This document shows, piece after piece, positions 36,940-47,120 of a stretch of 64,000 nucleotides of DNA. A model generated the notes under the pieces. It made no database searches, was not told the origin of the DNA, and saw only the letters and a list, made by a program, of their open reading frames with translations. Made by a program: the position numbers and the translations under genes. The DNA is from Minisyncoccia bacterium (lineage in GTDB: Bacteria > Patescibacteriota > Minisyncoccia > Phycocordibacterales > UBA9973), in assembly GCA_041737125.1 (NCBI GenBank), contig JBGSSJ010000003.1:15718-79717 (forward strand), read 5' to 3'. Position 1 is the first letter of the stretch. The number at the start of each line of letters is the position of its first letter.

Positions 36940-38484
36940 TTATTGTTTGTTAACTAAATTATTGAATTCTTCTTCGACCTGTTTTATATACTCATTTGTC
37001 CTTTCTATATAAATTTTCTTGGCTGCTTGATAGCCTTGTACCTCGTACATTATTCTACCATTCTGGTCTGCTATTTTATATATCTCATTGTTGTCGTTAT
37101 TATCATCAACTTCAAAATGGTATCCACCGTAGTCACCCACATTCTTTGGGTTAGGTTCTGATATTCGAAGACTAAAGCCAGCTGTGTTGAAATCTACACA
37201 AAAATCTTCGTCACCATATATACTTGTCCTAGACTTGTTCTTATAAATAGCTTGTATGTATTCAACAGTTTCATCGAAAGATTTGTAAAAATAATAACCC
37301 GCATCTATTCCAGTTAAGCTGATATATTCCTCTCCTTCTTCTTTATGGTCACTACGATCACGTAGGTACCCATCAATAATTGGATCAGTTACCTTACGTG
37401 CTAGAAAGTAAGGTAATGGGAATGTTTTCTTCATGTTTAATTCTAGAGATTCTTTTAGGTCCTCAAGCTTAATGAATTTTTTTTGTCTTTCTAGAAGGAG
37501 TTTGTCTTCTTCTTCTTTTAATACTTTCTTCTGAGCATCGTTCGCTACCTTAATCTGTTCCCGCACAGCTTCTATTTGTTTGTATATCTCACTTCTTTGT
37601 GAAGTTATTTCATTAAAATCCCTTACACCCTTCTCGAAATTCTCCTTCGCTTCCTGTTTTCCTTTTGGGCTTACATTTATCCATCTATCCATATTCTCTT
37701 CTTCACGCTTTGTTCTTTCGATTGTTCTCTTGATTTCTTTTCTTCTGTCTCCATTTTTGAAATACTTCCATACCTTTGGGAATGTTTTTCCGAAAGAAAG
37801 TTCACCCAATTGTTCTTTTAGAATCTCAGTCTTATTGCTCGGACCTACATTTTTCTTCTGTGCATCTGGAGTAACACCAGGCGCGGTATTCACAGCTGCT
37901 GGTGCTGGGTTAACAGTCGCAGGTTCCACAGTCTTTTTAGTGTTCTCTCCTTTCTTCTGTTCTAGCCCACGCAAGATGAGCTCATTTGCTCTGATCTTCT
38001 CACGTAATGCATAATTACCTTTCTCTTCTTGTTCTAACCACTTTTCTTTATTCAATAAAGATTGCATCTTATCTCTGAATGCACCATCTACCTTCCCCTG
38101 CTGTTCAGGGGTTCTAGATTTAGGTTCTTTTGTTTCTTTCTTCTCATTGTCATTATCTAGATCAAGAGGCCCAAGCTCATCAGGCTCAGGAGCTGCCACC
38201 TTTGCTGGTTCAAGTTCGTTGTCTTTGTCATCCAAATTATGAGGTCTTAATTTATCATCTTCAGCTTCTTCTTCCACCCCAAATGCTTTCCTGGTTTGAG
38301 CCAGCTGGTCTGCGGTCAGAGTTTGGCCTGCTATGAATTCATTAAATTTTCTTAAAGCTTCTGCCCTTTGGTTTGATTTTTCTTCAGCTATTTTAGCCTC
38401 TATTGCATCGGCTTTTGCCTGCAGAGCTTGCTTCTCTTTTTCTATTTCCTCTTTAGTTTGTGTTGGGGGGTAATCTTTTGTCAT
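36940..38484 (-). CDS. Charged coiled-coil protein, paralog of 38489..40072
   Basis: Shared C-terminal domain (PYFL, GEEYISL.G, F(N)..L.NK). Confidence 0.8.
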   Translation of the reverse strand: MTKDYPPTQTKEEIEKEKQALQAKADAIEAKIAEEKSNQRAEALRKFNEFIAGQTLTADQLAQTRKAFGVEEEAEDDKLRPHNLDDKDNELEPAKVAAPEPDELGPLDLDNDNEKKETKEPKSRTPEQQGKVDGAFRDKMQSLLNKEKWLEQEEKGNYALREKIRANELILRGLEQKKGENTKKTVEPATVNPAPAAVNTAPGVTPDAQKKNVGPSNKTEILKEQLGELSFGKTFPKVWKYFKNGDRRKEIKRTIERTKREEENMDRWINVSPKGKQEAKENFEKGVRDFNEITSQRSEIYKQIEAVREQIKVANDAQKKVLKEEEDKLLLERQKKFIKLEDLKESLELNMKKTFPLPYFLARKVTDPIIDGYLRDRSDHKEEGEEYISLTGIDAGYYFYKSFDETVEYIQAIYKNKSRTSIYGDEDFCVDFNTAGFSLRISEPNPKNVGDYGGYHFEVDDNNDNNEIYKIADQNGRIMYEVQGYQAAKKIYIERTNEYIKQVEEEFNNLVNKQ

Positions 38485-38488
38485 TTTA

Positions 38489-40072
38489 TTATTTGTTAGT
38501 TAATTTATTGAATTCTTTTTCGACCTTATTTATATATTTTTGTGTAGCTTCTTCGTATATAGCTAGAGCATTATTGTAATCGACTTGCTCTATAATTTTC
38601 TTTCCATCAGGATTCATAACTTCATATCTGGCTTTAGGGTCAGATAATTTAACCCGTTCATTCGCATCCTTACTCAATTCTTCAAGGTTAACTATCTTCA
38701 TACTAAAGCCAGATAAATTATATTTAACAATATTGTCGAGTTCCTTTATGAAGCTCTCAAATGTAAGGGTAGTTATTTCTGAATGAGCCAACGGATTCTC
38801 TGCAAAATTTGAATAATAGATCTTGTTTCCTTTTAAAGATACATATTGCTCCCCACTTTGCGTCTCATTTGTTAAGAGATTTTTAATTAAAGGATTTTTA
38901 ATTTTATCTACTAAGTAGTAGGCGAAAGGGTATTCTTTCTTTTTAATTTGCTCATATGATTTTTCAATTTCATCTTGCTCAGCAGTTAATAACCTCCTTT
39001 TTGTATATAAATTGTCCCATTCAACATCCTCTGGTTCATATTCTTCCATTTGTAAATGACACTCTTCAATTTTTTTGTCTATATCATTGTATTTAGATTT
39101 GAGCCCAAATAGCTTTTCTTGATTCTCTTTTGAAGCTTCTATTTTAGCCTCTTCTTGTTTTGCTTTTTCTATTTTCTTTTCTAATTGCCACTGTTTTATA
39201 GCATAGATAGTTCCTCTAAATACATTCCATCCAGGTGTATTCCTTATCTTTTCATTTATAGTGTCTAATTCTATTTGTAATTCTTCGCTCTCTTTTATTG
39301 GGATATTTTTTTCTTCTGTTAGTGTCACAGGAATAACCACAGGTTCATCTGTGTTATTTTCTATTTCTTCTGTTGGTTCTTTGTCTTCTGTCTCAGCATC
39401 CTCTCCTTCTGAGCTCTCTTCCCCTGCTATTGTTTCCCCCGTTTCTTTATCTTGTAGCCTCTTTATGTCTTCTGGTCCAGGATCTATTATCAAAGGTACG
39501 TCGTCTTCTGGTTTAGCTTCTATTTCTGGTATAGGATTCTCTCCTGTTGGCACCTTAGCTTCAGTTTCTGTTGAAGAAGATGGTGTAAAGATAAATTCTT
39601 TAGCTTTCTCTGCTTCAGCTTCTTTAGCGATTCTTTGTCGCTCCATTTCATCCTTCTCAAGCTCTTCTATGAATTTATTTTTCTCTTCTATTTCTTTCTT
39701 TATTACATCGAGCTCTTGTTGATAACCTGCTAGCCTTGCATTCCTTTCCTCTGTAGCTTGCTTCACGGAAGCTAGTAAACTTTGGAAAAAGTCATCATAG
39801 GCTTTTTGTTCGTCTTCTTTACTACTCTCGTCTACTGCATTTTGTGTGTTTTCTGGAGCTTGTGTGTTTGTTATTGAGTCACCCACTATTTTTACCCCCC
39901 TTAAATCTATATTTTTTAGGTTTGGGTTTTGGCTATCAAGATACATACTGATTTCTTCATCGGTCATAGTCTCGAAGCCGGGCTTCTTCTTCAGATCTGC
40001 TATTAACTTAGCTTTTTTTTCTCCTTTCTTTTTTGCTATTTCTTCTGTTGTTAGAGGTTTACTTTCAGGCAT
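38489..40072 (-). CDS. Charged coiled-coil protein, paralog of 36940..38484
   Basis: Shared C-terminal domain (AYYL, GEQYVSLKG, EFNKLTNK). Confidence 0.8.
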   Translation of the reverse strand: MPESKPLTTEEIAKKKGEKKAKLIADLKKKPGFETMTDEEISMYLDSQNPNLKNIDLRGVKIVGDSITNTQAPENTQNAVDESSKEDEQKAYDDFFQSLLASVKQATEERNARLAGYQQELDVIKKEIEEKNKFIEELEKDEMERQRIAKEAEAEKAKEFIFTPSSSTETEAKVPTGENPIPEIEAKPEDDVPLIIDPGPEDIKRLQDKETGETIAGEESSEGEDAETEDKEPTEEIENNTDEPVVIPVTLTEEKNIPIKESEELQIELDTINEKIRNTPGWNVFRGTIYAIKQWQLEKKIEKAKQEEAKIEASKENQEKLFGLKSKYNDIDKKIEECHLQMEEYEPEDVEWDNLYTKRRLLTAEQDEIEKSYEQIKKKEYPFAYYLVDKIKNPLIKNLLTNETQSGEQYVSLKGNKIYYSNFAENPLAHSEITTLTFESFIKELDNIVKYNLSGFSMKIVNLEELSKDANERVKLSDPKARYEVMNPDGKKIIEQVDYNNALAIYEEATQKYINKVEKEFNKLTNK

Positions 40073-40188
40073 ATTTATATATGTTTAATTAGTATGCAAA
40101 TTATACCACAATTTAATAAAAAAGCAAGTATTTACACGAGTGAACATTTTACTCTTTTATTATACTATAGCTTTTCTTTTTTAGGTAA

Positions 40189-40225
40189 TAAAAATGCTCG
40201 GAACTTGCGTTCCGAGCGGTTTTTT
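40189..40225. terminator. Terminator after 40257..40841
   Basis: GCTCGGAAC-TTGC-GTTCCGAGC flanked by A and T tracts. Confidence 0.7.
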
Positions 40226-40256
40226 GTGTTTAGGTTTCTCATGATCCATTTTGGAT

Positions 40257-40841
40257 CTAATTTACTGTGTGGGGGTGTGCCATGTTTGCAGCAGAAGCTG
40301 GGTTAGGTATCGTCACTGGCTGTGCAGCCAAAGCTTTTCTCTTGGCCCTGTGTGAGAGTAGCATCAAAGTAAGGATTCCAACTGTTGTTACTAAGAATAA
40401 CAGCATCCCAACTTTGGATTTGATCTTTTGATCCTGTAACACAACAGCCTCCTTAAAAGTAGTTTTAGGTTCTGACACAATTTTACCTGCAGTGTCTTTA
40501 ATGGGTTTCTGTGGGTATAGCTTTGCAGCTATTTCGTCCAGGCTTTGGAGTTGTTGTTTGCTTGTGGCGGCATTTTCTGCCACCAAGCTCAAAACTTCCT
40601 TCACCTTTCTTACGCTGTCGTCAACAAGATCTGCGTAATGCCAAGCATCATCTGCTCTGGTTTGTGCTGTGGATACCTGATTCTGCAGGTTCTGCTTGTC
40701 CTTTTTTTGGGCCTTTTCAAGCTCAGCTAACTTTTGGGTTAGTGCCTGAACTTGTTCATCTAGGCCTTGTGCCTGTGTGTCCAAGTTGAAGATAAACAGA
40801 ATTGCGAGGGTGGCCACTATGGCCGATGTTACCTTTTTCAT
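40257..40841 (-). CDS. Orphan exported coiled-coil protein with C-terminal TM helix
   Basis: MKKVTSAIVATLAILF..TQAQ signal; promoter TTGACA(41014-41019)-17-TAGTAT. Confidence 0.7.
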   Translation of the reverse strand: MKKVTSAIVATLAILFIFNLDTQAQGLDEQVQALTQKLAELEKAQKKDKQNLQNQVSTAQTRADDAWHYADLVDDSVRKVKEVLSLVAENAATSKQQLQSLDEIAAKLYPQKPIKDTAGKIVSEPKTTFKEAVVLQDQKIKSKVGMLLFLVTTVGILTLMLLSHRAKRKALAAQPVTIPNPASAANMAHPHTVN

Positions 40842-41034
40842 GGTTGTAAATTGATTTATACCCACCTTTTTATTTTAGGTGAGCTTGAGTGAATAGATAA
40901 ATAGTACCACCTCAATTTCCAATAACTTGAAAAGCAAAGTGGTACTCTCAATATATCCACACAATATTTCAAAGAGCTAATACTGTGCATATACTAGCAT
41001 ATTTATACCCTTCTGTCAAGGGGTATTTTGTATA

Positions 41035-43521
41035 TTACTCTTCGTTTTCTACAAATTTAACCTTCGGCTTTTTGATTATATCCCAAGAACCATCGCTGTT
41101 CTTCTTTGCCTCCCCTTCTTCTACAAGTTCCATTTTAGTTATACCTCTTACTGGGTTATTCATGAGCTCAAATCCGTCTATATAATTTTTCCAATCAGTT
41201 ACACTTACATAATATTTCTGCGCAGATATATTACTGTTTAAAGATATTGTCGCAGTGCCATCACCATGATCTTTTAACTCAAAAACCTGTTCACCATTTT
41301 CAGTTTCACTAACCATGTCTTTCTTAAATATAAGATCACCGTCTATATTGGCTCCTTTAGGCCAAGCGAATTTCGCATAATAAGTTTTCACTACTTCTTT
41401 ATTCTCTATCGGCATTGATTGTTCAGGGTTTGATTTATTAAATTCTTCCAGCAAGACTCTAATTACCTCCTCATCTGAAGAATTCCTGAATTTTATGTTC
41501 TCATCGAAATCTTTTATTTTAGGAAGGTGTTTTATGTATTCTTGATTAAAGAAAACTTTGTCTGTCTTCAACAAATTTTCATATTCTTCTATGTTGTTTG
41601 GAACCTCTATTCCTCTATTCTTATTCTCGTTTTCTTCTGCTTGCATTGCATTCATACTCGCTTCTACATTCTCTACACCTAGAAGATCCATCATATCTGC
41701 TGTAGCCGGAGAATTTTTTTTCAGTTCATCCATATCTATTTTTATCTCAGGTTCTTCTTCGGGTTGTAGTGCCGCTAATTCCGCATCGTATTTTGCGTTG
41801 ATCTCTAAATAAGATTTCAGTGCTTTTTTGTGTTTGTCTATACTATCTACATAACCTTGATTATCTCCATTCAAATATTTCCCCTCCTCTCTACCCTTCA
41901 GTGTATATTCTCCTGTATCAATCCAGTCTTTTAAAATTTTATCAAAAATTTTAGTATTATCAGGTCGATAGTCTCTTTCATATCGGTATCCATCAACATT
42001 TTTAATTAAATCTTCCTCCCTTCTTTTTTCTATATCAGCTATTTTTTCTTCCAGTTCTTCTAGTTTCGCCATCTCTGCCCAGTATTGTGCTATTAATTCA
42101 TCTACAGTCATTTCTGCTTCTTTATCCTCTACTAAAGATTCAGGAATATCTTCACCTACTTCCTTTGGTGCTTGCTCTATTTCTACTACAGGCTGTGGTT
42201 GCGTCTTCTGATAGGCTTCATATTCTTCAAGGAGTTTTTCTGCTCCTTCTTTTTCTATTTTTATACCCCTTAATTTGAATTCTCTAGGTAGCATTGCAAC
42301 ATTCACATATCCCAGTTCATTTGCAATATCAATAACCATCTGTAAGTTTTTAGGAAGTTCTGGTTTCTGTTCTGTATTTAATTCGGGTTTTACTGGCTCA
42401 TCGTTCAGTTTAGGTTCTTTGTTGATATCTTCATTATATTTATTGAGCACAAAGTCTATTCCTGGAGCAAAAAGAAATAATTTCATCTGATCTGGTGTCA
42501 TAGAACCCCTTGTTCCGTCTGTAAGGTTATCGAAAGGTATTTTATCTCCTTTTTTCTTCCCAATTTTATAAACTATGTTCCTTTTAACGCCAGTCCTTTT
42601 GACGATGACTATCGTACCCTCCTCTATAAGATTAAATTTTCTTTCCTTGTCACTTTCTTTTATTTCAGTATTTGTTTTTTCTTCTACTATAACTTTATCA
42701 AATTTAAGCGGTAAATTTCTTGCAATTGCTAACTCTAAATCTTTTAAATTTTTTTCATTTATTTGTATTTTTCTTCTTATCTCTCTTCTCTCTTCGTCAG
42801 TTTTTGCATTAGATAATTCTTCATTTCTCCTTCTGATACTGTTATTTATCGCTGTTTTTATCCATAAAACAGGACCTTGGTTGAAGTCTTTTAAATCCCT
42901 CTTGTTTCTTTCTTGAGCTTCTTTGCTCTGGGGTATCTCTATGAGTATACTTTTCCAGTAATTATATTGCCTCTCTACTATATCAGCTAATTCTCTGTCA
43001 TCTAAGATCTTTTCTTTTTGAGCACCAGTGGGTTTTCCTCGCACTTCTTTAACATCTTCAAATGGTATAGTTTCACCAATCGTTTTCAAATTCCAACCCT
43101 TTTTAGGTTTATCTGGAATATTTGTTAATTTTAGATTTGGTCCTGGCATATCTTGTTCCTCAATTGTATCATAATTATCTGTCTCAATCTCAAATACTCC
43201 GTCCATAAGACTCCCCTTTTCGTTGGGATTTTCTCTTCTTTTGATTTGATCTGCTGATAAGTAGAACCCTACTTCATCATTATTTTTGTTTGACTCCGGC
43301 TTATAACTACCCATAAGCTGGTACCTAGTTTTCTTTTTTGCTTCCTCTTTAGGTGTTGCCTTGTTGTTGTTTTGTCCTTCTTCGAACTTGATAGCTTCTT
43401 CTTTTTTGAATTTCCATCCTTTCTTTTTATTCTTCGCATCTTTCTTCTTCTCGATTCCTGGGAATGTTCCTCCACCTAGGTCAGCTAGGTTTTTTGAATA
43501 GAATTTTTGTCCTTCAGGCAT
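41035..43521 (-). CDS. Large Lys/Glu-rich hypothetical protein
   Basis: 828-aa ORF. Confidence 0.78.
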   Translation of the reverse strand: MPEGQKFYSKNLADLGGGTFPGIEKKKDAKNKKKGWKFKKEEAIKFEEGQNNNKATPKEEAKKKTRYQLMGSYKPESNKNNDEVGFYLSADQIKRRENPNEKGSLMDGVFEIETDNYDTIEEQDMPGPNLKLTNIPDKPKKGWNLKTIGETIPFEDVKEVRGKPTGAQKEKILDDRELADIVERQYNYWKSILIEIPQSKEAQERNKRDLKDFNQGPVLWIKTAINNSIRRRNEELSNAKTDEERREIRRKIQINEKNLKDLELAIARNLPLKFDKVIVEEKTNTEIKESDKERKFNLIEEGTIVIVKRTGVKRNIVYKIGKKKGDKIPFDNLTDGTRGSMTPDQMKLFLFAPGIDFVLNKYNEDINKEPKLNDEPVKPELNTEQKPELPKNLQMVIDIANELGYVNVAMLPREFKLRGIKIEKEGAEKLLEEYEAYQKTQPQPVVEIEQAPKEVGEDIPESLVEDKEAEMTVDELIAQYWAEMAKLEELEEKIADIEKRREEDLIKNVDGYRYERDYRPDNTKIFDKILKDWIDTGEYTLKGREEGKYLNGDNQGYVDSIDKHKKALKSYLEINAKYDAELAALQPEEEPEIKIDMDELKKNSPATADMMDLLGVENVEASMNAMQAEENENKNRGIEVPNNIEEYENLLKTDKVFFNQEYIKHLPKIKDFDENIKFRNSSDEEVIRVLLEEFNKSNPEQSMPIENKEVVKTYYAKFAWPKGANIDGDLIFKKDMVSETENGEQVFELKDHGDGTATISLNSNISAQKYYVSVTDWKNYIDGFELMNNPVRGITKMELVEEGEAKKNSDGSWDIIKKPKVKFVENEE

Positions 43522-43806
43522 ATGTGAAATTATACAACACTTATGCCAAAAGTGTCAAAATTTGGCTCCATACTTCATTTTTAAAGGTTTAAATGGACCT
43601 GTTCATAAGATGTGAATTACTCGGTTGACTAACTTTTCTATATGGGATACCCTTGTACTTGTAGGGTTGGTGACCAAATGCCCCATAACTCCCGAATAGA
43701 AGACTTGCTTTATATCATAGAGCTTTCCCGACCGTCCAAACCTCTTATGCAATTACAACAAACCCCAAAAGATTCTAGCGATCCATCTATTAAAATGGGT
43801 CAAAAG

Positions 43807-44976
43807 ATGAAAATATCGTTATTTATCAAGCCTATTACTGTAAAGGCTTGTTTCTCTCTAGTCGTGTTTATGTATGTTTTCGCGCAATCAAGCCCTGCCT
43901 ATGCTGGGTTTTTCTCTGATTTGGTAAGAAGTGTCATGGGTAATGAGACTCAAGCATCTGAAGTAGAGACTATAAAAGGTGAAGTCATTCATAACTCTCA
44001 GAACGTCCCTCTCCTTGAGTCCTCTATCAACCCAGATCTTAAGAATATAAAGAGAGATGAAGTAGTTATTCTAGAAGAAGAAGGCTTATTGTCTACTAAT
44101 GGGGCACTTGATGTAGATTCTGAGCTTGAGAAATATGATCCAACGGTCAAAATTACGACTTATGTAGTGCAAAAAGGTGATACTATAGAAGGCATAGCAA
44201 AGAAGCTTGGTATTACGAAGGCAGCAATTATAGACTCAAATGCAGACTTGAAAGAGGACGATATGATAAAAGTAGGAGAATCCCTTGTAATTCTAGGACT
44301 TAAGGCTGAGAAAGCTAAAGAATTAGCAAATAAGGAAGATGTGAAGGTAGCTACTCCTACAAAGAAAGAGGAGCCAAAGAAGAAAGAAGAAGTAAAAATA
44401 GCAAAAGTCGCCCCAGAACCTAAAAAAGAAGCTCAAAAAACAGAAGTAAAGAAAGAGGTCATAGCGCAAGTTCAAGCTCCAGTCGTAAACACACCAGTAG
44501 TGGAAGTACAAGCAAGTAAAAAAGTAGAGCTAAAGAGTGAGGAAGCTCCTACTCCGACTGGCCAACCAGATGGTGATATAGATGGAGGCTACATCTGGCC
44601 ATTCCCGAAAGGAGTCGGCCGAGTATCACAAGGCTTACATGCTGACCAAGCTTACGACTTCGCTGCACCGAAAGGCACACCTATATATGCAGTAAATAGT
44701 GGTACGGTGGTTGTAGCGAAACCAACTGGTTATAATGGAGGATATGGTTTGTATGTCGTTATAAACTTTGATGATGGTAGACAAGCAATATTCGGCCACA
44801 TGAGTAAAGTACAGGCGAAAGCTGGTCAAGTAGTGAAGAAAGGTGAAGTTATAGGTTATGTAGGTACGACAGGCAAGTCTACAGGTAACCACTTACACCT
44901 CGGCTTCCGTGGCGCGCTTCGCAACCCTTATATAGGATTAAAAGTTAATGATAAAGATTTTATAAACCATGAATAA
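43807..44976 (+). CDS. LysM / M23 peptidase
   Basis: YVVQKGDTI..IA LysM; QGLH...YDFAAPKGTPIYA, GHM, STGNHLH; start moved to the signal-bearing Met. Confidence 0.9.
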   Translation: MKISLFIKPITVKACFSLVVFMYVFAQSSPAYAGFFSDLVRSVMGNETQASEVETIKGEVIHNSQNVPLLESSINPDLKNIKRDEVVILEEEGLLSTNGALDVDSELEKYDPTVKITTYVVQKGDTIEGIAKKLGITKAAIIDSNADLKEDDMIKVGESLVILGLKAEKAKELANKEDVKVATPTKKEEPKKKEEVKIAKVAPEPKKEAQKTEVKKEVIAQVQAPVVNTPVVEVQASKKVELKSEEAPTPTGQPDGDIDGGYIWPFPKGVGRVSQGLHADQAYDFAAPKGTPIYAVNSGTVVVAKPTGYNGGYGLYVVINFDDGRQAIFGHMSKVQAKAGQVVKKGEVIGYVGTTGKSTGNHLHLGFRGALRNPYIGLKVNDKDFINHE

Positions 44977-45355
44977 ATTTATTTTATATTTAGTTATAGC
45001 TTCATTTTTAGTTGTGAGTCCTTCTGTAGTAAATGGAGAGCGATTAATAGCGGTACCTAGTATTATCACGCCAGAGACTGCCCCATACTCAGCGAAACCC
45101 AAAGCCAAAGCAAAAGCGAAGGTTGCTACAGTGAGGAACTTGAAGTTCGGCATGGTTGGGAATGACGTGACGGTATTACAGAACTTTTTAATAAAGAAGA
45201 ATGTAGGTCCTGCAGCTCAAGCACTAGCGAAACACAAAGCTACTGGCCGCTATGGAGAGCTTACAAAAGCTGCCCTTATCGAATATCAGAAAGCCAAAGG
45301 TCTAACTGCCGATGGTATAGCTGGTCCGAAGATGAGAGCTGAATATAAAAAATAA
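44969..45355 (+). CDS. Peptidoglycan-binding domain protein
   Basis: L.FG..G.DV..LQ.FL, YG.LT.AA...YQ...GL.ADGIAGP. Confidence 0.88.
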   Translation: MNKFILYLVIASFLVVSPSVVNGERLIAVPSIITPETAPYSAKPKAKAKAKVATVRNLKFGMVGNDVTVLQNFLIKKNVGPAAQALAKHKATGRYGELTKAALIEYQKAKGLTADGIAGPKMRAEYKK

Positions 45356-45360
45356 TTCAT

Positions 45361-45400
45361 AAAATAAAATCCCTCGAGTGTACTCGAGGGATTTTATTTT
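45361..45400. terminator. Bidirectional terminator
   Basis: AAAATAAAATCCCTCGAGT-GT-ACTCGAGGGATTTTATTTT. Confidence 0.85.
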
Positions 45401-47081
45401 ATGAGACTTCTTGCTGATAGCAGGATTCACAATATATAATATCCGGTTTGTCTTTGCTGTAAGTTGTTTGAAATTTTTCGATACAATTATCTGTATGATT
45501 ATTGTGATTACTCTTGTCACACATGCATGACCTCTCATGTAGAGTACGAGGGTTTCTCCTTCGTATTCTGTCTTGATGCCTGCATTCGAAATCTTTATGA
45601 GGTAGTGGCAAGTTCATCTTCTTATAGAAGGCAAGCTCAGCTTCCACAATTTTATAATTCTTATTACATTCTTCGCACACCAGAATTTCTTGTAGGATAT
45701 TATCACTAACATTTTCTATTGTGTTTGGTGTATTACCTTTTGCTATTGTTTCTTTACTATATGTTCCAGTAACCTGCTCTTGCCATTTGTAACCTCGCTT
45801 CAGTGCTTCCTCTTTTGATAGTGGGAAGAAGTCACAAGCGAGTGTCTCATTATATCCGAATGGTGCAATGTGTGAAGGGAAGAATTGGTCAGCATCTTCT
45901 TCTTTCTTTATCTCTTCCAAAACTTTCTTTTTTAATTCTAGGTATTCTTCTTTTTCATATTCTTTATTGAGAATCATATGATTACCTTTTCTTATCGCGA
46001 TACAACCTATAGCATCAGATAAGTGGTAGGAACTTTCGCAATACATAATGTCATTACAGTAGAAGACGAAAGCAGAATTGCGGAGTTTATTTCCCTCGAG
46101 TGCGCCCATAATATTGTACCCATAACTTGGTCTGTAGTAATAATTATTGCAATCCATGCTGTCTATAGGGCTCTCTGAATCAGTCATATAAGAACAATTC
46201 TTTGCATCATAAGTATCAAAAAGCATAACTCCGTCATGACAGTTGTGCAAATAGTTCCCTGTTACGTTGTGGCATTTTGTCTGTGAAGAATATTTCTTCA
46301 CAGTTTCGTTCTTTAACTTCTCAAATTCTTTTTTCGCCTGTTCTATACTCTCATAACTTGCGAGTATTTCTTTCTTTTTATTTTCAAATTCTTCTTTACT
46401 ATATTTAACATTGAGAATTGCATTTGATAAGTGTCTTCCGTTTGAGCATAGAATGCAATTCTGTGAATCACGTATGTTGTAGCAGAAGAGTAAATCACTA
46501 GACGATTGGCATTGCTCGGAATACATACACTTGAAGCATTGCCTACAATCTATGCATTCATAACAAAGTTCTGATTCATGTAAGAACGCGCAGTCCACAC
46601 ATTGCTTGTCCCTCTGAAGGAGTCTGCCATACATACAGTCTTCATTATAGTCAGCAGCAAATATTAGATAGCAGTCTTTATTCTCCGCAGATCCATTCGT
46701 GTAATCACTACGGACATTATTGAAAGCCATGAGCCCCAGCCTAGGCACTTCCATTTGTAATTCTTTGTATTGCTTAAAGAAAGATTTGTTGAAATCATAT
46801 TCTCTGCCATAATCTTTCGGATTCCAATCATCGCTCCACCAGCAATCATGACAGTAAACTTTGTAAGGTGATGTCGGTGCATATACAGTAATGATATCTT
46901 TTTCGCAAAGGTCACAGGCCCTTTTGTAGAAAGTTCTTTCGTTTCGGAAAACCAATCTCCTTGCCATTCTACAATCTGGACAATATATAGGAGGAAGCAC
47001 ACTCATCTGCTCGTAGAAGACCATATCTTCGTCTTTAATAACGAACTCCTTTTCACATGTTTTACAGGTCTTGTTTAACAT
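45399..47081 (-). CDS. Cys-rich multi zinc-ribbon protein, paralog of 58290..59987
   Basis: CxxC pairs at both termini, Cys-periodic middle, VYC..CWW.D.W. Confidence 0.85.
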   Translation of the reverse strand: MLNKTCKTCEKEFVIKDEDMVFYEQMSVLPPIYCPDCRMARRLVFRNERTFYKRACDLCEKDIITVYAPTSPYKVYCHDCWWSDDWNPKDYGREYDFNKSFFKQYKELQMEVPRLGLMAFNNVRSDYTNGSAENKDCYLIFAADYNEDCMYGRLLQRDKQCVDCAFLHESELCYECIDCRQCFKCMYSEQCQSSSDLLFCYNIRDSQNCILCSNGRHLSNAILNVKYSKEEFENKKKEILASYESIEQAKKEFEKLKNETVKKYSSQTKCHNVTGNYLHNCHDGVMLFDTYDAKNCSYMTDSESPIDSMDCNNYYYRPSYGYNIMGALEGNKLRNSAFVFYCNDIMYCESSYHLSDAIGCIAIRKGNHMILNKEYEKEEYLELKKKVLEEIKKEEDADQFFPSHIAPFGYNETLACDFFPLSKEEALKRGYKWQEQVTGTYSKETIAKGNTPNTIENVSDNILQEILVCEECNKNYKIVEAELAFYKKMNLPLPHKDFECRHQDRIRRRNPRTLHERSCMCDKSNHNNHTDNCIEKFQTTYSKDKPDIIYCESCYQQEVS

Positions 47082-47120
47082 ATTATGTTTGATGATTATA
47101 TCAATAATATTATTCTGATG

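Noticed and set aside
15389-43521. Prophage or ICE
   Set aside because: No capsid, terminase, integrase or relaxase; rsmA and pcrA are embedded in the block
43642-43806. 55-aa N-terminal extension of the M23 peptidase
   Set aside because: Overlaps the likely promoter and precedes the signal sequence; start placed at 43807
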